From positions 249,715-313,714 of the forward strand of contig JAHPZH010000006.1 in assembly GCA_019058315.1 (NCBI GenBank): a DNA stretch of 64,000 bases, written 5' to 3'. Source of the stretch: Candidatus Helarchaeota archaeon. GTDB taxonomy: Archaea; Asgardarchaeota; Lokiarchaeia; Helarchaeales; RDOG01. Below the pieces are notes generated by a model, which had not been told where the DNA came from, did not search any database, and saw only the letters and a program-made list of their open reading frames with translations. The position numbers were made by a program, and so were the translations under genes. Below, in pieces: positions 1 to 10,167 of this stretch (within the stretch, counting starts at the first letter, position 1; every line of letters begins with the position of its first letter).

Positions 1-1158
1 ACTAAAGCTATATTTTTAATACATCTGATAGTTTATACAACGGTTAATGTCTATTTGACTTTAATTAACTTTGTTTACATGGCTTCATGGCCTGGTGTTT
101 TATGGGCTCATATTCCTGCCTTGTTATGGGGATTTGCTGTTATGATGAACTTCGTTTTAACCATTATGATATCAGGAAAGGGATTATCGGCTGCAGAAAT
201 TAGAAAAAATGTGACGGGAATACTATTGTTAACCAATATTGGTTATTATGGCATCGTAAACGCTTTATTATATGCTCTAGGTAAATATGCCACAGTATAT
301 CATTTAGCTGTTGGAACTTTGCTCTACTGGGGTATTGCAGTTCTTGCTCATGCTGGTATTACGCTCCTATATAATTATGTAGAAGGCGTTAGTGGTGCTA
401 AAAAAGGAGTAATTCTACACGCAATCATATTTGGACTTTCAGGTTTGATCAATGTTATTGATATCACGTTTTTTAGTGAATATATGCTATTTTATACTAC
501 AAGGGTTAACGGATTCTTAATTTCTGTTGGAATTTGGGCATTAGTAATTGCAGCACATGCATTCTTAGCAATAAGATGGGATCAAACAGGTGGAGATGTT
601 AAAGATTTAATGAAATGGCTTTTAATTATGCATCTTGCAGTATATTGTGCTAGTGTTGGATATATGCTATTCTTAAATTTTAGCATCTGGGAAGGCAGAT
701 TTTGGGTTCCGACGGCTGCTTTAGGATGGGCTATAGGACTAAGCTTACATGGTCTCTATTATATTATTGTAAAAACTGATGAAACAAATATCATGAAAAT
801 TTCCCTATTGCTTCATTTGATAGCTTATATTGGTACGATGGTGTTATTAATCTGGCTCAATCTCGCTATCTGGCAAGGACGTTTTTGGGTCCCAACAGTA
901 GCATTAGGATGGGGAGTCGGTTTAGCAGCACATACAACGATTTATCTACTTAATAAAAACAACATGTTTACCTCTGAAAATGGTCTAAAAGCTTCGGTTT
1001 TCTTACATTTAACTGCTTATATTGCTGTTGCAGCCCTATTGATATGGTCGAATCTTTCTATGTGGGAAGGTAGACTTTGGTTTCCAATTGCATTAGCAGG
1101 CTGGGGTATTGGCTTGGGATCTCATATTCTCGTAAATTATTTCATCACAAGGAGATGA
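1..1158 (+). CDS. Polytopic membrane protein of at least 6 tandem 2TM-domain repeats (5'-truncated by the window)
   Basis: Frame is open from base 1 (TKAIFLIHLIVY...), so the TTG at 55 is not the true start. Repeated H-L-x-x-Y...W-x-G-R-x-W...GWGxGLxxH units match the 2TM domain pattern. Confidence 0.75.
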   Translation, partial: TKAIFLIHLIVYTTVNVYLTLINFVYMASWPGVLWAHIPALLWGFAVMMNFVLTIMISGKGLSAAEIRKNVTGILLLTNIGYYGIVNALLYALGKYATVYHLAVGTLLYWGIAVLAHAGITLLYNYVEGVSGAKKGVILHAIIFGLSGLINVIDITFFSEYMLFYTTRVNGFLISVGIWALVIAAHAFLAIRWDQTGGDVKDLMKWLLIMHLAVYCASVGYMLFLNFSIWEGRFWVPTAALGWAIGLSLHGLYYIIVKTDETNIMKISLLLHLIAYIGTMVLLIWLNLAIWQGRFWVPTVALGWGVGLAAHTTIYLLNKNNMFTSENGLKASVFLHLTAYIAVAALLIWSNLSMWEGRLWFPIALAGWGIGLGSHILVNYFITRR

Positions 1159-1206
1159 AAACAAAATCAATTCTTTTTTTTTATTTTAATAAAAGGTGAT
1201 TAAAAA

Positions 1207-1677
1207 ATGAATAATTTAGAAATTCCTAAGGTGCCTGTAATTAAAAGCAAAGCACCTGACGATACTGGATCTAAAAAGAAATATAAGGTGGATTGGTTCA
1301 CAAAAACTTTTTCAGCTGATTTAACATTGTATCTTCATTTATTCGTATATGCTTCAGTAATTGGACTTTGTTTAATGTTAAATTTAATGCATTTTAATGG
1401 AAGGCTATGGACAATTACAGCGGCGCTCGGATGGCTAGTTGGCTTGTCTACTCATTTTACATTATATTTACTCTTCAAAGAAGATATGTTAAACAAAGAA
1501 GAAGGACTCGAAGGATCTTTCTATATTCACTTATCGATATACATTTCGACTAACATTCTTATGATCTGGAGTAATTTAGCAAATTTTGAAGGTTGGTTGT
1601 GGTTCCCCATTGCAGCAGCTGGATGGGGAATTGGCTTAGGTGTGCATTTTCTCATATCTCGATATGCAGAAGTCTAA
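1207..1677 (+). CDS. 2TM-domain membrane protein (2 repeats), paralog of the upstream gene
   Basis: HLFVY...GRLW...GWLVGLSTH and HLSIY...GWLWFPIAAAGWGIGLGVH; AGGTGA SD-like site upstream. Confidence 0.8.
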   Translation: MNNLEIPKVPVIKSKAPDDTGSKKKYKVDWFTKTFSADLTLYLHLFVYASVIGLCLMLNLMHFNGRLWTITAALGWLVGLSTHFTLYLLFKEDMLNKEEGLEGSFYIHLSIYISTNILMIWSNLANFEGWLWFPIAAAGWGIGLGVHFLISRYAEV

Positions 1678-1727
1678 ATTAAAATATCTCTTTTTTATCT
1701 TTTTTTTTTAAAATATTGTGTATTAAA

Positions 1728-2666
1728 ATGACTAAAATAAGCAAAGTGAATTCTAAAAATAATAGTAATCAACAAAAAGATAGAAATAATTCAAACAAAG
1801 ATGATCAAACACAAACTTCAGATCCTGTAATTATTAGATTTTGGCAACGGATTCCCCTCTTGATCCGGGCTACAATTTTAGGAATATTTGTCAGTATGAT
1901 TGGTATTTACTCTTGGTTAATACCTGCATCCTTTATTCCCGCACCTTGGATATTCTTCATTATAGCTGGTGTGCTATGGATCTATTGGAAATATTTTCGT
2001 GGAAGTTGGTGGCCTAAGTCCACGGAAACTGCTAGAATAGAATATTCGCGTTCAAAAAAAATGTCAGCTCCTGTTTTGAAGTGGGGTTTATTAGCAGCGA
2101 TAATCTTCGTAATTCTTGCACAATCTAGCTTGGTAGTTACTTTCAGAATCATCCCATTTCCTGCTGAAGCATTTACATCAGGGAATAAGTACTTAAATAC
2201 CATGCCTGGTTGGCTTGCTTGGGTGATTATTAGCATCAATTCGTTAGTAGCAGGTATTTGTGAAGAAACTGGAATTCGTGGATACGCACAAGTTCCCATG
2301 GAGAAGCGTTATGGACCAGTAGTAGGAATCACTTTTTCTTCAATTTTGTTCCTCCTTATCCACGTGAATCAGGCTTGGTTTCTTCCAATTTTCATTCAAG
2401 TTTTTTGTCTTGGCATGATCTTGGGAATTCTAGCCTATACATCTGATTCCTTAATACCGGGCATAATTGCTCATTCAATCATGGATGTTGTTAATTTTTC
2501 ATACTGGTGGTCTGATATTGCGGGAAAATTTGAAGGAAGACCGATTTCTGAAACTGGAATTGATTTTATTTTTATCCTATCGCTTCTAATCTTTGTCTCA
2601 TCTTCAGTGCTGTTTTTTTGGACTAACCGAAAAATAATGGCTGCTCGTAATGAAATGTCTTTGTAA
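1728..2666 (+). CDS. CPBP (CAAX/Abi) family intramembrane glutamic endopeptidase
   Basis: EETGIRG, FLLIH and HSIMD motifs in a multi-TM protein; ATG at 1728 preferred over TTG at 1716. Confidence 0.85.
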   Translation: MTKISKVNSKNNSNQQKDRNNSNKDDQTQTSDPVIIRFWQRIPLLIRATILGIFVSMIGIYSWLIPASFIPAPWIFFIIAGVLWIYWKYFRGSWWPKSTETARIEYSRSKKMSAPVLKWGLLAAIIFVILAQSSLVVTFRIIPFPAEAFTSGNKYLNTMPGWLAWVIISINSLVAGICEETGIRGYAQVPMEKRYGPVVGITFSSILFLLIHVNQAWFLPIFIQVFCLGMILGILAYTSDSLIPGIIAHSIMDVVNFSYWWSDIAGKFEGRPISETGIDFIFILSLLIFVSSSVLFFWTNRKIMAARNEMSL

Positions 2667-2867
2667 TTGTCTTAATTTTATTTTTTTTCTTTTTATTTTT
2701 AAATAGACTTTTTTTACATTTCTCAATAGACTTAAACTCAATTTTTATTCAAATTAGAAATTGTAATTAATATTATAAAATATCTTTAAAAATACAAAAA
2801 AATCAACGTTATAACAAGATTTTCCATTTTATTTCCCAACCTATGTTAAATTAAAAAGGAAAGGAAT

Positions 2868-3887
2868 GTGATAAAAATTTTCATAAAAGAAAATTGCAAT
2901 TATTGTGGCGATTGTCTAGCTCGTTGTCAATATTTAGGATATGATACTGAAAAAGCAATTGCAGAATTCAAAAAATTAGTGGATGACCAAGAAACCCCTG
3001 TATTGAGTGATTGTGTCACTTGTTATGCATGTAACGAATATTGTCCCAAAGATGCAAACCCCTTTGACCTTATAGTCCAAAGACAAGAGGAACATAACTC
3101 AGTAAATATACCAGAAGGAATGAAACAGATGATTGCAGATCAACTTAAGCCTCCAGGTTTAAAAGGACCAATAGATACAGAAGGAAAGATGGTAATGTCA
3201 ATCTGTGTATTTGCAGACCATCCTAAATTCTATGAAGGACAATTATTTAAAGATTTAAAGTTAATTAGCGGTCGAAATTTTTTCTGTAATCTTTTATATC
3301 TTCATACTGGTCAAGAATCTGTAATAAAACAAAGAGCTCAAACCATAATTGACAATCTTGCAAGTCTAAATGTTCCCGAAATTATTTTCTTCCATGACGA
3401 ATGTTATGCATTCACGACAAAATATGCACCAGGATTAGGAATTAATGTCCCATTCAATTCGATTCATCTTTACGAATATCTTTATGGTTATCTAAAACAT
3501 AATAAGGATAAAATAAAGAAGCTTGGGCTGAAGATAGCATTACAAAGGTCATGTTCTAACAGGTTTAACCCCGAAGTCGACCATTTTGTTGATGATATCT
3601 GTGAGCTTATTGGTGTTGAGCGAGTTGCACGAGAATATGATCGTGAAAATGCATTATGTTGTACTGCCCCTCAAGGTCAGTTAGGGAAAGGCGATATGGC
3701 AAAGGAAAATATTAAGCGAAATATGGATGATGCTGTAAAACATGGAGCACAAGCTATGGTTACCATGTGTCCAATGTGTTATGATACTTTAAAACGCCCA
3801 ATTAGAAAAGCTGGAATGAAAAAGCTTTTCATCCACGAACTAGTTAGATTAGCATTGGGTGAGCTTGATTTCGAGACTTTAAAATAA
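2868..3887 (+). CDS. (Fe-S)-binding protein with 2x[4Fe-4S] and CCG-type domain (HdrD/GlcF-like)
   Basis: CNYCGDCLARC and CVTCYACNEYCP ferredoxin motifs; LCCT and CPMC in a CCG-like domain. Confidence 0.85.
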   Translation: MIKIFIKENCNYCGDCLARCQYLGYDTEKAIAEFKKLVDDQETPVLSDCVTCYACNEYCPKDANPFDLIVQRQEEHNSVNIPEGMKQMIADQLKPPGLKGPIDTEGKMVMSICVFADHPKFYEGQLFKDLKLISGRNFFCNLLYLHTGQESVIKQRAQTIIDNLASLNVPEIIFFHDECYAFTTKYAPGLGINVPFNSIHLYEYLYGYLKHNKDKIKKLGLKIALQRSCSNRFNPEVDHFVDDICELIGVERVAREYDRENALCCTAPQGQLGKGDMAKENIKRNMDDAVKHGAQAMVTMCPMCYDTLKRPIRKAGMKKLFIHELVRLALGELDFETLK

Positions 3888-3935
3888 TTTTTTTTTATTT
3901 TTAAGAATTTTTAAAAATTTTATAAGGTTAAAAAA

Positions 3936-5351
3936 ATGTCAGCTGAAGATCCGATTTTAAAAAGATTAGAAGAGATAGTAGGAAAAGATTTCGTATCCAA
4001 TCGAATCGAAGAGCGATATTATTATTCTAGAGATGCAGGTGCAACAGAACCATCTATGCCAGATTATATTGTCTTACCAAGTTCAACTGAAGAAGTTCAA
4101 GCAATAGTTAAATTGGCTAATGAGAAAAAAATCCCGATTACGCCATTTGGTGGTGGTGTGACTACTTCTGGTCTTGCAATTGCTACACGGGGCGGAATTA
4201 TAATTGACTTTAAAAGAATGGATAGAATATTAGAACTAAATAAAACAAGTTCCTATGTAATAATTGAACCTGGAGTCACACAAGGACAATTAAAAACATA
4301 TTTAGAGGAAAATACTAACAACGAATGGCAACACTCAATGCCTGGGGCACCCCCATCTGCTTCAGTTATTGGAAATTTAATGATTTATGGAGCAGGGCAT
4401 TTATGTAATAAATATGGGTATAATCATACAATGTGTAATGGAATTGAAGTTGTTCGTTCAGATGGTGAAATTTACAAATTAGGATCATGTGCTGTTTCCG
4501 ATAAATGGTTTGGAATACCTCCTATGCCTGATTTATCAAGCATTTTTTTAAATGGATGGATGGGAATAACAGGAATAATAACAAAATTATCACTCCAAAT
4601 TTTTCCAAAACCACCATTTAAAGAAGCTTTAGTATATACAACAACCAAGATTGACGATTTTACTGATGGAATGTATGAAGTTTTAAAATATGAGATTTGC
4701 GAAGATGTACTAGGTATGGTTGCTGGAATATTTGGCAAAACTATTATGTTATTTATGGTCTTTTCTGCAAATTTTCAAGAAGAATTAGATCTTAAAAGAA
4801 AGATGCTTAGAGATATTCTAGATAAGTTTGGACAGGGTCTTAATCCAAGAACTGGAAAAAAAAGACGACTTAGAGAGATGAAAGGGGTACCACAATCTCT
4901 TATAGAGGGTTTTTTAATTGTACCTCCTCCTGCATTAGCTAGTACAATGGGAGATGTTAGAAAAGGAGGCGGTGCAGAGTATATCGGAAGTTATATTCCA
5001 TTTGAAGCGATTAAAGAAGTTTTTGAAGGTGGACGTGAGATTTGTAATAAATATGGATTGGCAAAGGAGAGTTATATAATAAGGGCAATTTCATTAAATC
5101 ATGCTGTCATGTTTGCCTTAAATTATCCCTATAACCGTAAAGTTGAGGAAGAACGTAAAATGGTCGAGAAGCAACTAGCTGAAACAACAGAACTTATTTT
5201 AAAAGCTGGAGGGATACCATGGAAGCCAGATGTCCATGCACAGAAAAAAATTTTGAAGCTGGCTGATCCAAATTATGTAAAATTGATGAAAGAAGTGAAA
5301 AATTTACTAGATCCAAATAATATTTTAAATCCAGGAAAATGGGAGAAATAA
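3936..5351 (+). CDS. FAD-binding oxidoreductase (GlcD / D-2-hydroxyacid dehydrogenase family)
   Basis: PDYIVLPSSTEEVQ, PFGGG, GIITK, and C-terminal LDPNNILNPGK signature. Confidence 0.88.
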   Translation: MSAEDPILKRLEEIVGKDFVSNRIEERYYYSRDAGATEPSMPDYIVLPSSTEEVQAIVKLANEKKIPITPFGGGVTTSGLAIATRGGIIIDFKRMDRILELNKTSSYVIIEPGVTQGQLKTYLEENTNNEWQHSMPGAPPSASVIGNLMIYGAGHLCNKYGYNHTMCNGIEVVRSDGEIYKLGSCAVSDKWFGIPPMPDLSSIFLNGWMGITGIITKLSLQIFPKPPFKEALVYTTTKIDDFTDGMYEVLKYEICEDVLGMVAGIFGKTIMLFMVFSANFQEELDLKRKMLRDILDKFGQGLNPRTGKKRRLREMKGVPQSLIEGFLIVPPPALASTMGDVRKGGGAEYIGSYIPFEAIKEVFEGGREICNKYGLAKESYIIRAISLNHAVMFALNYPYNRKVEEERKMVEKQLAETTELILKAGGIPWKPDVHAQKKILKLADPNYVKLMKEVKNLLDPNNILNPGKWEK

Positions 5352-5355
5352 AAAA

Positions 5356-6516
5356 ATGACACTAGAAAAATTTTCTGAAATAGTTCATCGATGTTTTAGA
5401 TGTGGGTATTGTAAATTTACCGGAGGTAAAACTGTTGATGATCAATGGTTCATTAATTGTCCCGCTTTTAAAAAATGGAGATTTGAAACTTTTTCTCCTG
5501 GAGGAAAAATGTGGCTTATTTTTGCAGTTATGAATGACGAATTAGAATGGAGCGAATCAATGGCTAAAATTATCTATTCTTGTACAACTTGTGGTAACTG
5601 TATGGAACACTGTGTATTCAATTTTAATGAAGATATAATTGATATATTTGAAGCTGCTCGGGAACAATTATTTTTTCAAGAGTTAGCACCCGAAAAATTC
5701 CGTCAATTTGGAGAACATGTAGCCAGAGAACATAATCCTTATATGGAGGGGCATAAAGATAGATTAAATTGGCTTCCTAAAGATGCTAAAATATCCGAAA
5801 CCGCTGAAGTGGGATATTTTGTAGGATGTACTGCCTCATACAGACAAACTCAGATAGCACAAGATACTGTTAAAATATTGAATAGACTTGGAGTTGAATT
5901 CCAAATTTTAGGAGAAGAATGGTGCTGTGGTTCACCACTAATTCGTACCGGACAAACAAAAACTGCGCTTGAACTGGCTAAACATAATATTGAAAAATTT
6001 GAAGAAGCTGGGATCAAACAAATAATCACATCTTGTGCCGGGTGTTATCGTACATTAAAAGAAGATTACCCAAAAAAATTTGAATTAACCTATAATTTTA
6101 AAGTATTACATCTAACAGAATACCTTGAAAAGAATTTAGATAAACTAAATTTTAAAGAAGCTTTGAATAAAACCGTTACTTATCATGATCCGTGTCATTT
6201 AGGTCGACATGCTAATTTATATGAAGCTCCCAGAGCTATTTTAAAGAAATTTCCAGGTATTAAATTTATGGAAATGAAAAAAAATCGCCGTGATGCTACT
6301 TGCTGTGGTGCAGGCGGTGGTGTTAAATCAGAATTTTCGGAATGGTCTCTTGAAATGGCACGAGATCGTATTTTAGAAGCGATAGAAATAGGTGCTGAAA
6401 TATTAGTTTCAACTTGTCCATTTTGTAACAGAAATTTCCTTGATGCGAAGAGAGAATTCAATTTGAATATTGAAATTTATGATTTAACTGAACTCCTATT
6501 AAAATATCTAATCTAA
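5356..6516 (+). CDS. (Fe-S)-binding CCG-domain oxidoreductase subunit (HdrD/GlcF-like)
   Basis: CFRCGYC, CTTCGNCMEHC, GC...CCG...CAGC, YHDPCHLGR, CCGAGGG, CPFC. Confidence 0.9.
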   Translation: MTLEKFSEIVHRCFRCGYCKFTGGKTVDDQWFINCPAFKKWRFETFSPGGKMWLIFAVMNDELEWSESMAKIIYSCTTCGNCMEHCVFNFNEDIIDIFEAAREQLFFQELAPEKFRQFGEHVAREHNPYMEGHKDRLNWLPKDAKISETAEVGYFVGCTASYRQTQIAQDTVKILNRLGVEFQILGEEWCCGSPLIRTGQTKTALELAKHNIEKFEEAGIKQIITSCAGCYRTLKEDYPKKFELTYNFKVLHLTEYLEKNLDKLNFKEALNKTVTYHDPCHLGRHANLYEAPRAILKKFPGIKFMEMKKNRRDATCCGAGGGVKSEFSEWSLEMARDRILEAIEIGAEILVSTCPFCNRNFLDAKREFNLNIEIYDLTELLLKYLI

Positions 6517-6625
6517 CAAACTATTCAAGCTTATAATAATATAATAAATCTAACATCTATTACATATAACATTGAAATATTCTAAAAATTTATATAATTA
6601 AAATATTCTTTTTTCTGAATTAAAA

Positions 6626-7759
6626 GTGAGAATAATGACAATGATGGAAATATTTAATGAAGCATCGCAGACTCTTCAAAATAAATGGATGAAAGACTGG
6701 ATAAAACAAGGAAATAAGATTATGGGTTACTATTGTTCTTATATTCCAGAAGAGTTGATGGATGCTCTCAACATAATGCCAATCCGCCTAAGACCAGTTG
6801 GTGTGAGAGATACTGGGTTAGCTGATGCTTATATGTCACTATTAAATTGCACTTATGCCCGTTGTATGTTAAATATCGCATTGGAGGACAAATTAAATTT
6901 TCTAGAAGGAATAGTTGGTTATAATTCCTGTGACCACGTCCGCCGAATGTATGATAATTTAAAATGGAAAGTAAAATTACCATTCTATCATTTCTTAAGT
7001 GTACCACATCATGGTGACGAGGCTGCAATTAAATGGTTTCATAAGGAAATTTTAAACTTTAAATCTCATTTAGAGGATCATTTTAAGAGAAAAATAGAGG
7101 ATACAGCCCTAACTCGCGCAATTAAAGATTATAATGAATTTAGGACACTTATTCAACAATTATATGATATGCGTAAAGTGGAAGAACCTGTAATCACTGG
7201 GGAAGAGGCTATGAAAGTGAATCTAGCTTCAGTTTCGATGAGAAAAAGCCAAATCAACGAATATCTTAAAAAATTCTTGGAGGAATGTAAAGATAGACAA
7301 GGAATTAGTGGACGAATACGGCTAATGATAGCTGGAGGACAACTTGACAATCCAGAATATATTAAAATCATCGAAAACTTGGGAGGATTGGTGGTAACCG
7401 ATTTTAATTGTTTTGGAACCCGATATTTTACTGGTTTAGTCAAGGAAAATGGAGATCCTTATTTAGAACTTGCTCGTCGATATTTATTGAAAATCCCATG
7501 CCCTCGAATGATTGATGAAATTACAGGACATAAAACAAGGTTTGAACATATAAAACGGTTAATAAAAGAATATAGTGTTGATGGCGTTATTTTTCAGAAA
7601 ATAATTATGTGTGATTTTCATGCAGGCGAGAACTATTTGTTTACTCAAGAATTAGATGAATTAGGAGTTCCTACAATCGATTTAGAACGAGAATATATGC
7701 TCTCTGGTATTGGACAATTTAAAACACGAATGCAAGCATTTATGGAAATATTAACTTAA
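6626..7759 (+). CDS. 2-hydroxyacyl-CoA dehydratase subunit (HgdB/BcrC/BadD family)
   Basis: YYCSYIPEEL, NSCDHVRR, CPRM, VDGVIF..MCD, TRMQAFMEIL; start may be ATG 6635 or 6641. Confidence 0.88.
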   Translation: MRIMTMMEIFNEASQTLQNKWMKDWIKQGNKIMGYYCSYIPEELMDALNIMPIRLRPVGVRDTGLADAYMSLLNCTYARCMLNIALEDKLNFLEGIVGYNSCDHVRRMYDNLKWKVKLPFYHFLSVPHHGDEAAIKWFHKEILNFKSHLEDHFKRKIEDTALTRAIKDYNEFRTLIQQLYDMRKVEEPVITGEEAMKVNLASVSMRKSQINEYLKKFLEECKDRQGISGRIRLMIAGGQLDNPEYIKIIENLGGLVVTDFNCFGTRYFTGLVKENGDPYLELARRYLLKIPCPRMIDEITGHKTRFEHIKRLIKEYSVDGVIFQKIIMCDFHAGENYLFTQELDELGVPTIDLEREYMLSGIGQFKTRMQAFMEILT

Positions 7760-7768
7760 GGTGAAATT

Positions 7769-9151
7769 ATGAGCAAAATCAAGCCAATATTAGAAGTTGC
7801 ACCAGGGACGAAAACTATTTGGCACAGAATGATGGATTTGGCAGAAATTGGAATGCCTATGTTTGAAAGTATGGTCAATGAGAGAAAAAGAAAATTAGAA
7901 GCTCTTGGTCATGGTGACTTAGCCGAAGGGGCATCAATCTATGCACAGTTCATGAAAATATTACTTAATTATTTAAAAGGATATGATATTTCTGTAGCAC
8001 AAGGTAAAAAAACAGCAATATACAGCTTCTGCCTCCCACCTGAGATTTTTTATATGCTTGATATTTACCCCATGTGTCAAGAAGTTGGAACACTTGCCAT
8101 AGCTGTAACAAATATTGGTTCTGTTAGCACAGGATATATTGACCTTGCCGAAGAAGCTGGAATTTCATCGCATGAATGTAATGCACAGAAGATATGGCTA
8201 GGAGCTGCGTTAAAAGGTGAGGCCCCGAAGCCTGATGCGATTATCTATTCGTCCCAACCCTGTGATTCTACTAATAATCAATATCAAATATTGGAAAGGT
8301 GGTATAAAGCCCCAACTTTTACAGTTGACATTCCATATTGGAGCTACGAACCCAAAAACCCCTATTATGATGAAGATGTCTTACCATATATGACTAACCA
8401 ATTAAAGAATTTAATGGGGTTTCTAGAAAGAGTTTCGGGAAATATGTCTGATGAAGAGAAATTAAAACAAATCTTTAAATTATCAAATGAAGCAAGGGAA
8501 AATATTTCAGAAGTTCAAGAATTAGCTAAACATGTGCCATCTCCTCTTACAAGTATAACCGCAATCAATAATTATCTTGTTTTATTGACTAGTGCAGGGC
8601 TACCAAGTGCCGTAGAATATTCAACTAAGGCGAAAAATTTTGCATCAGAAGTAGTCAAACGAGGGTTAGGGGGAATAAATTTAGCTTATGGAGGAAAAAA
8701 AGAAGAAAAATTCAGAGTAGTCAGTTTATACCCATTCGATCCATCCGTAATTCAATGGATGGAACGAAAATATGGGGCAATAGTAGTACAGGATATGTTG
8801 GGATATCAATTAGCTCAACCAGTAGATTTAACGAGTGAAGAAACAATATTGAGAGATCTAGGAAAAACTGTATTAGATATGCCCATGGGACGCCAATCGA
8901 GAGGTCCCATGTATTTCTATTTTGATGATATGATCCGACTTGGGAAAGAATATAAAGCCGATTGTTATATATTTGGAGGTCATGTAGGGTGTAAACACAG
9001 TTGGGGTGGTATTAAATTATTAACTGACGTTTTAAAGGAAGAAACTGGACTCTCAACTATAGTATTTGAAACAGACGTATTTGACCCTCGAGTCGGAAAT
9101 CCTTCTGAAATGAAGAAAAAACTTAAAGTCTTTTTTGACAGTTTAAAATAA
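7769..9151 (+). CDS. 2-hydroxyacyl-CoA dehydratase subunit (HgdA/BcrB family)
   Basis: PPEIF, ECNAQK, QPCD, VDIP, HVGCK, ETDVFDPR; adjacent to the partner subunit. Confidence 0.85.
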   Translation: MSKIKPILEVAPGTKTIWHRMMDLAEIGMPMFESMVNERKRKLEALGHGDLAEGASIYAQFMKILLNYLKGYDISVAQGKKTAIYSFCLPPEIFYMLDIYPMCQEVGTLAIAVTNIGSVSTGYIDLAEEAGISSHECNAQKIWLGAALKGEAPKPDAIIYSSQPCDSTNNQYQILERWYKAPTFTVDIPYWSYEPKNPYYDEDVLPYMTNQLKNLMGFLERVSGNMSDEEKLKQIFKLSNEARENISEVQELAKHVPSPLTSITAINNYLVLLTSAGLPSAVEYSTKAKNFASEVVKRGLGGINLAYGGKKEEKFRVVSLYPFDPSVIQWMERKYGAIVVQDMLGYQLAQPVDLTSEETILRDLGKTVLDMPMGRQSRGPMYFYFDDMIRLGKEYKADCYIFGGHVGCKHSWGGIKLLTDVLKEETGLSTIVFETDVFDPRVGNPSEMKKKLKVFFDSLK

Positions 9152-9182
9152 TTAATTTTGAATAAACGGAAGGAAATAATAC

Positions 9183-10064
9183 ATGACTTCAATAAGGAAA
9201 GAAGGAAAAATAAATGAAGATACTACATTAATTGACGTTATGATGTTAGGACTTCCTGGTGGAGTAGCTATATATCTAGTTGAAGGGGAAAAAAAATGTC
9301 TTATAGACGGGGGAAATGGACCTGAAGCCCGGAGACTTGTTAAAGTGCTTCAAAAATTAAATGCATTTCCACCTGATATTATTATCGTTACACATTTTCA
9401 TTTTGATCATACTCAAGGTATCCCATATTTTCGTAAAAAAGCTGCAAAATTGAATAAAAAAATCGAAGTTATGGCTTCCCAGACCGCAATTCCTTTATTA
9501 GAGGATCAATCATTCAATGATATTTATGGAATTGGACCTTATAAGAACATAGTGGAAGTGACCCCACTTAAGGAAGGGGATAGGATTGATTTAGATGGGA
9601 TCAAGTTAAAAATTTTTGAAGTACCAGGACACTCAAAGGATCATATTGCAATCCTAGATGAAAAAAATAAAAATATTTTTGTTGGTGATGCGATTGGTGT
9701 TAAGGCTACAGATGATTTCTTCAGTTCTCCACCTTTTATGCCTCCCTTTTTTGATAAAGAGGCTTATTATAATTCTATAAACAAACTCAAAAAAATAGAT
9801 TATAAGACTCTTTGTTTAGCACACTTTGGCTATATTTATGATAAAGAAGCTAAAGATATTCTAGATGAGTCAGTTTCAACATTCGAAAAATGGTGGAAGC
9901 TGTTTGAGGATAATATTGAGAAATTGGATGATATCGATTATATGGTGGATAAAGTTTTGGACAATTGCTACCCAGAATATATTGATAAAAAAATAGCTAA
10001 AATTCGCTTACAAAATTCAGTACCATGGCTAATTAATAGCTTTAAAACTTATAAAAAAATATAA
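9183..10064 (+). CDS. MBL-fold metallo-hydrolase
   Basis: THFHFDH, PGHSKDH, FVGDA, LAHFG. Confidence 0.92.
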   Translation: MTSIRKEGKINEDTTLIDVMMLGLPGGVAIYLVEGEKKCLIDGGNGPEARRLVKVLQKLNAFPPDIIIVTHFHFDHTQGIPYFRKKAAKLNKKIEVMASQTAIPLLEDQSFNDIYGIGPYKNIVEVTPLKEGDRIDLDGIKLKIFEVPGHSKDHIAILDEKNKNIFVGDAIGVKATDDFFSSPPFMPPFFDKEAYYNSINKLKKIDYKTLCLAHFGYIYDKEAKDILDESVSTFEKWWKLFEDNIEKLDDIDYMVDKVLDNCYPEYIDKKIAKIRLQNSVPWLINSFKTYKKI

Positions 10065-10167
10065 ATTTCTTATTTTTTGAAATGAAATAAGGTCCAACAA
10101 ACTGAAAATTTAAATAGAATTCAAATCTATTAAATTAATTCATTTAATAAAAACTCGATAATAAGAC

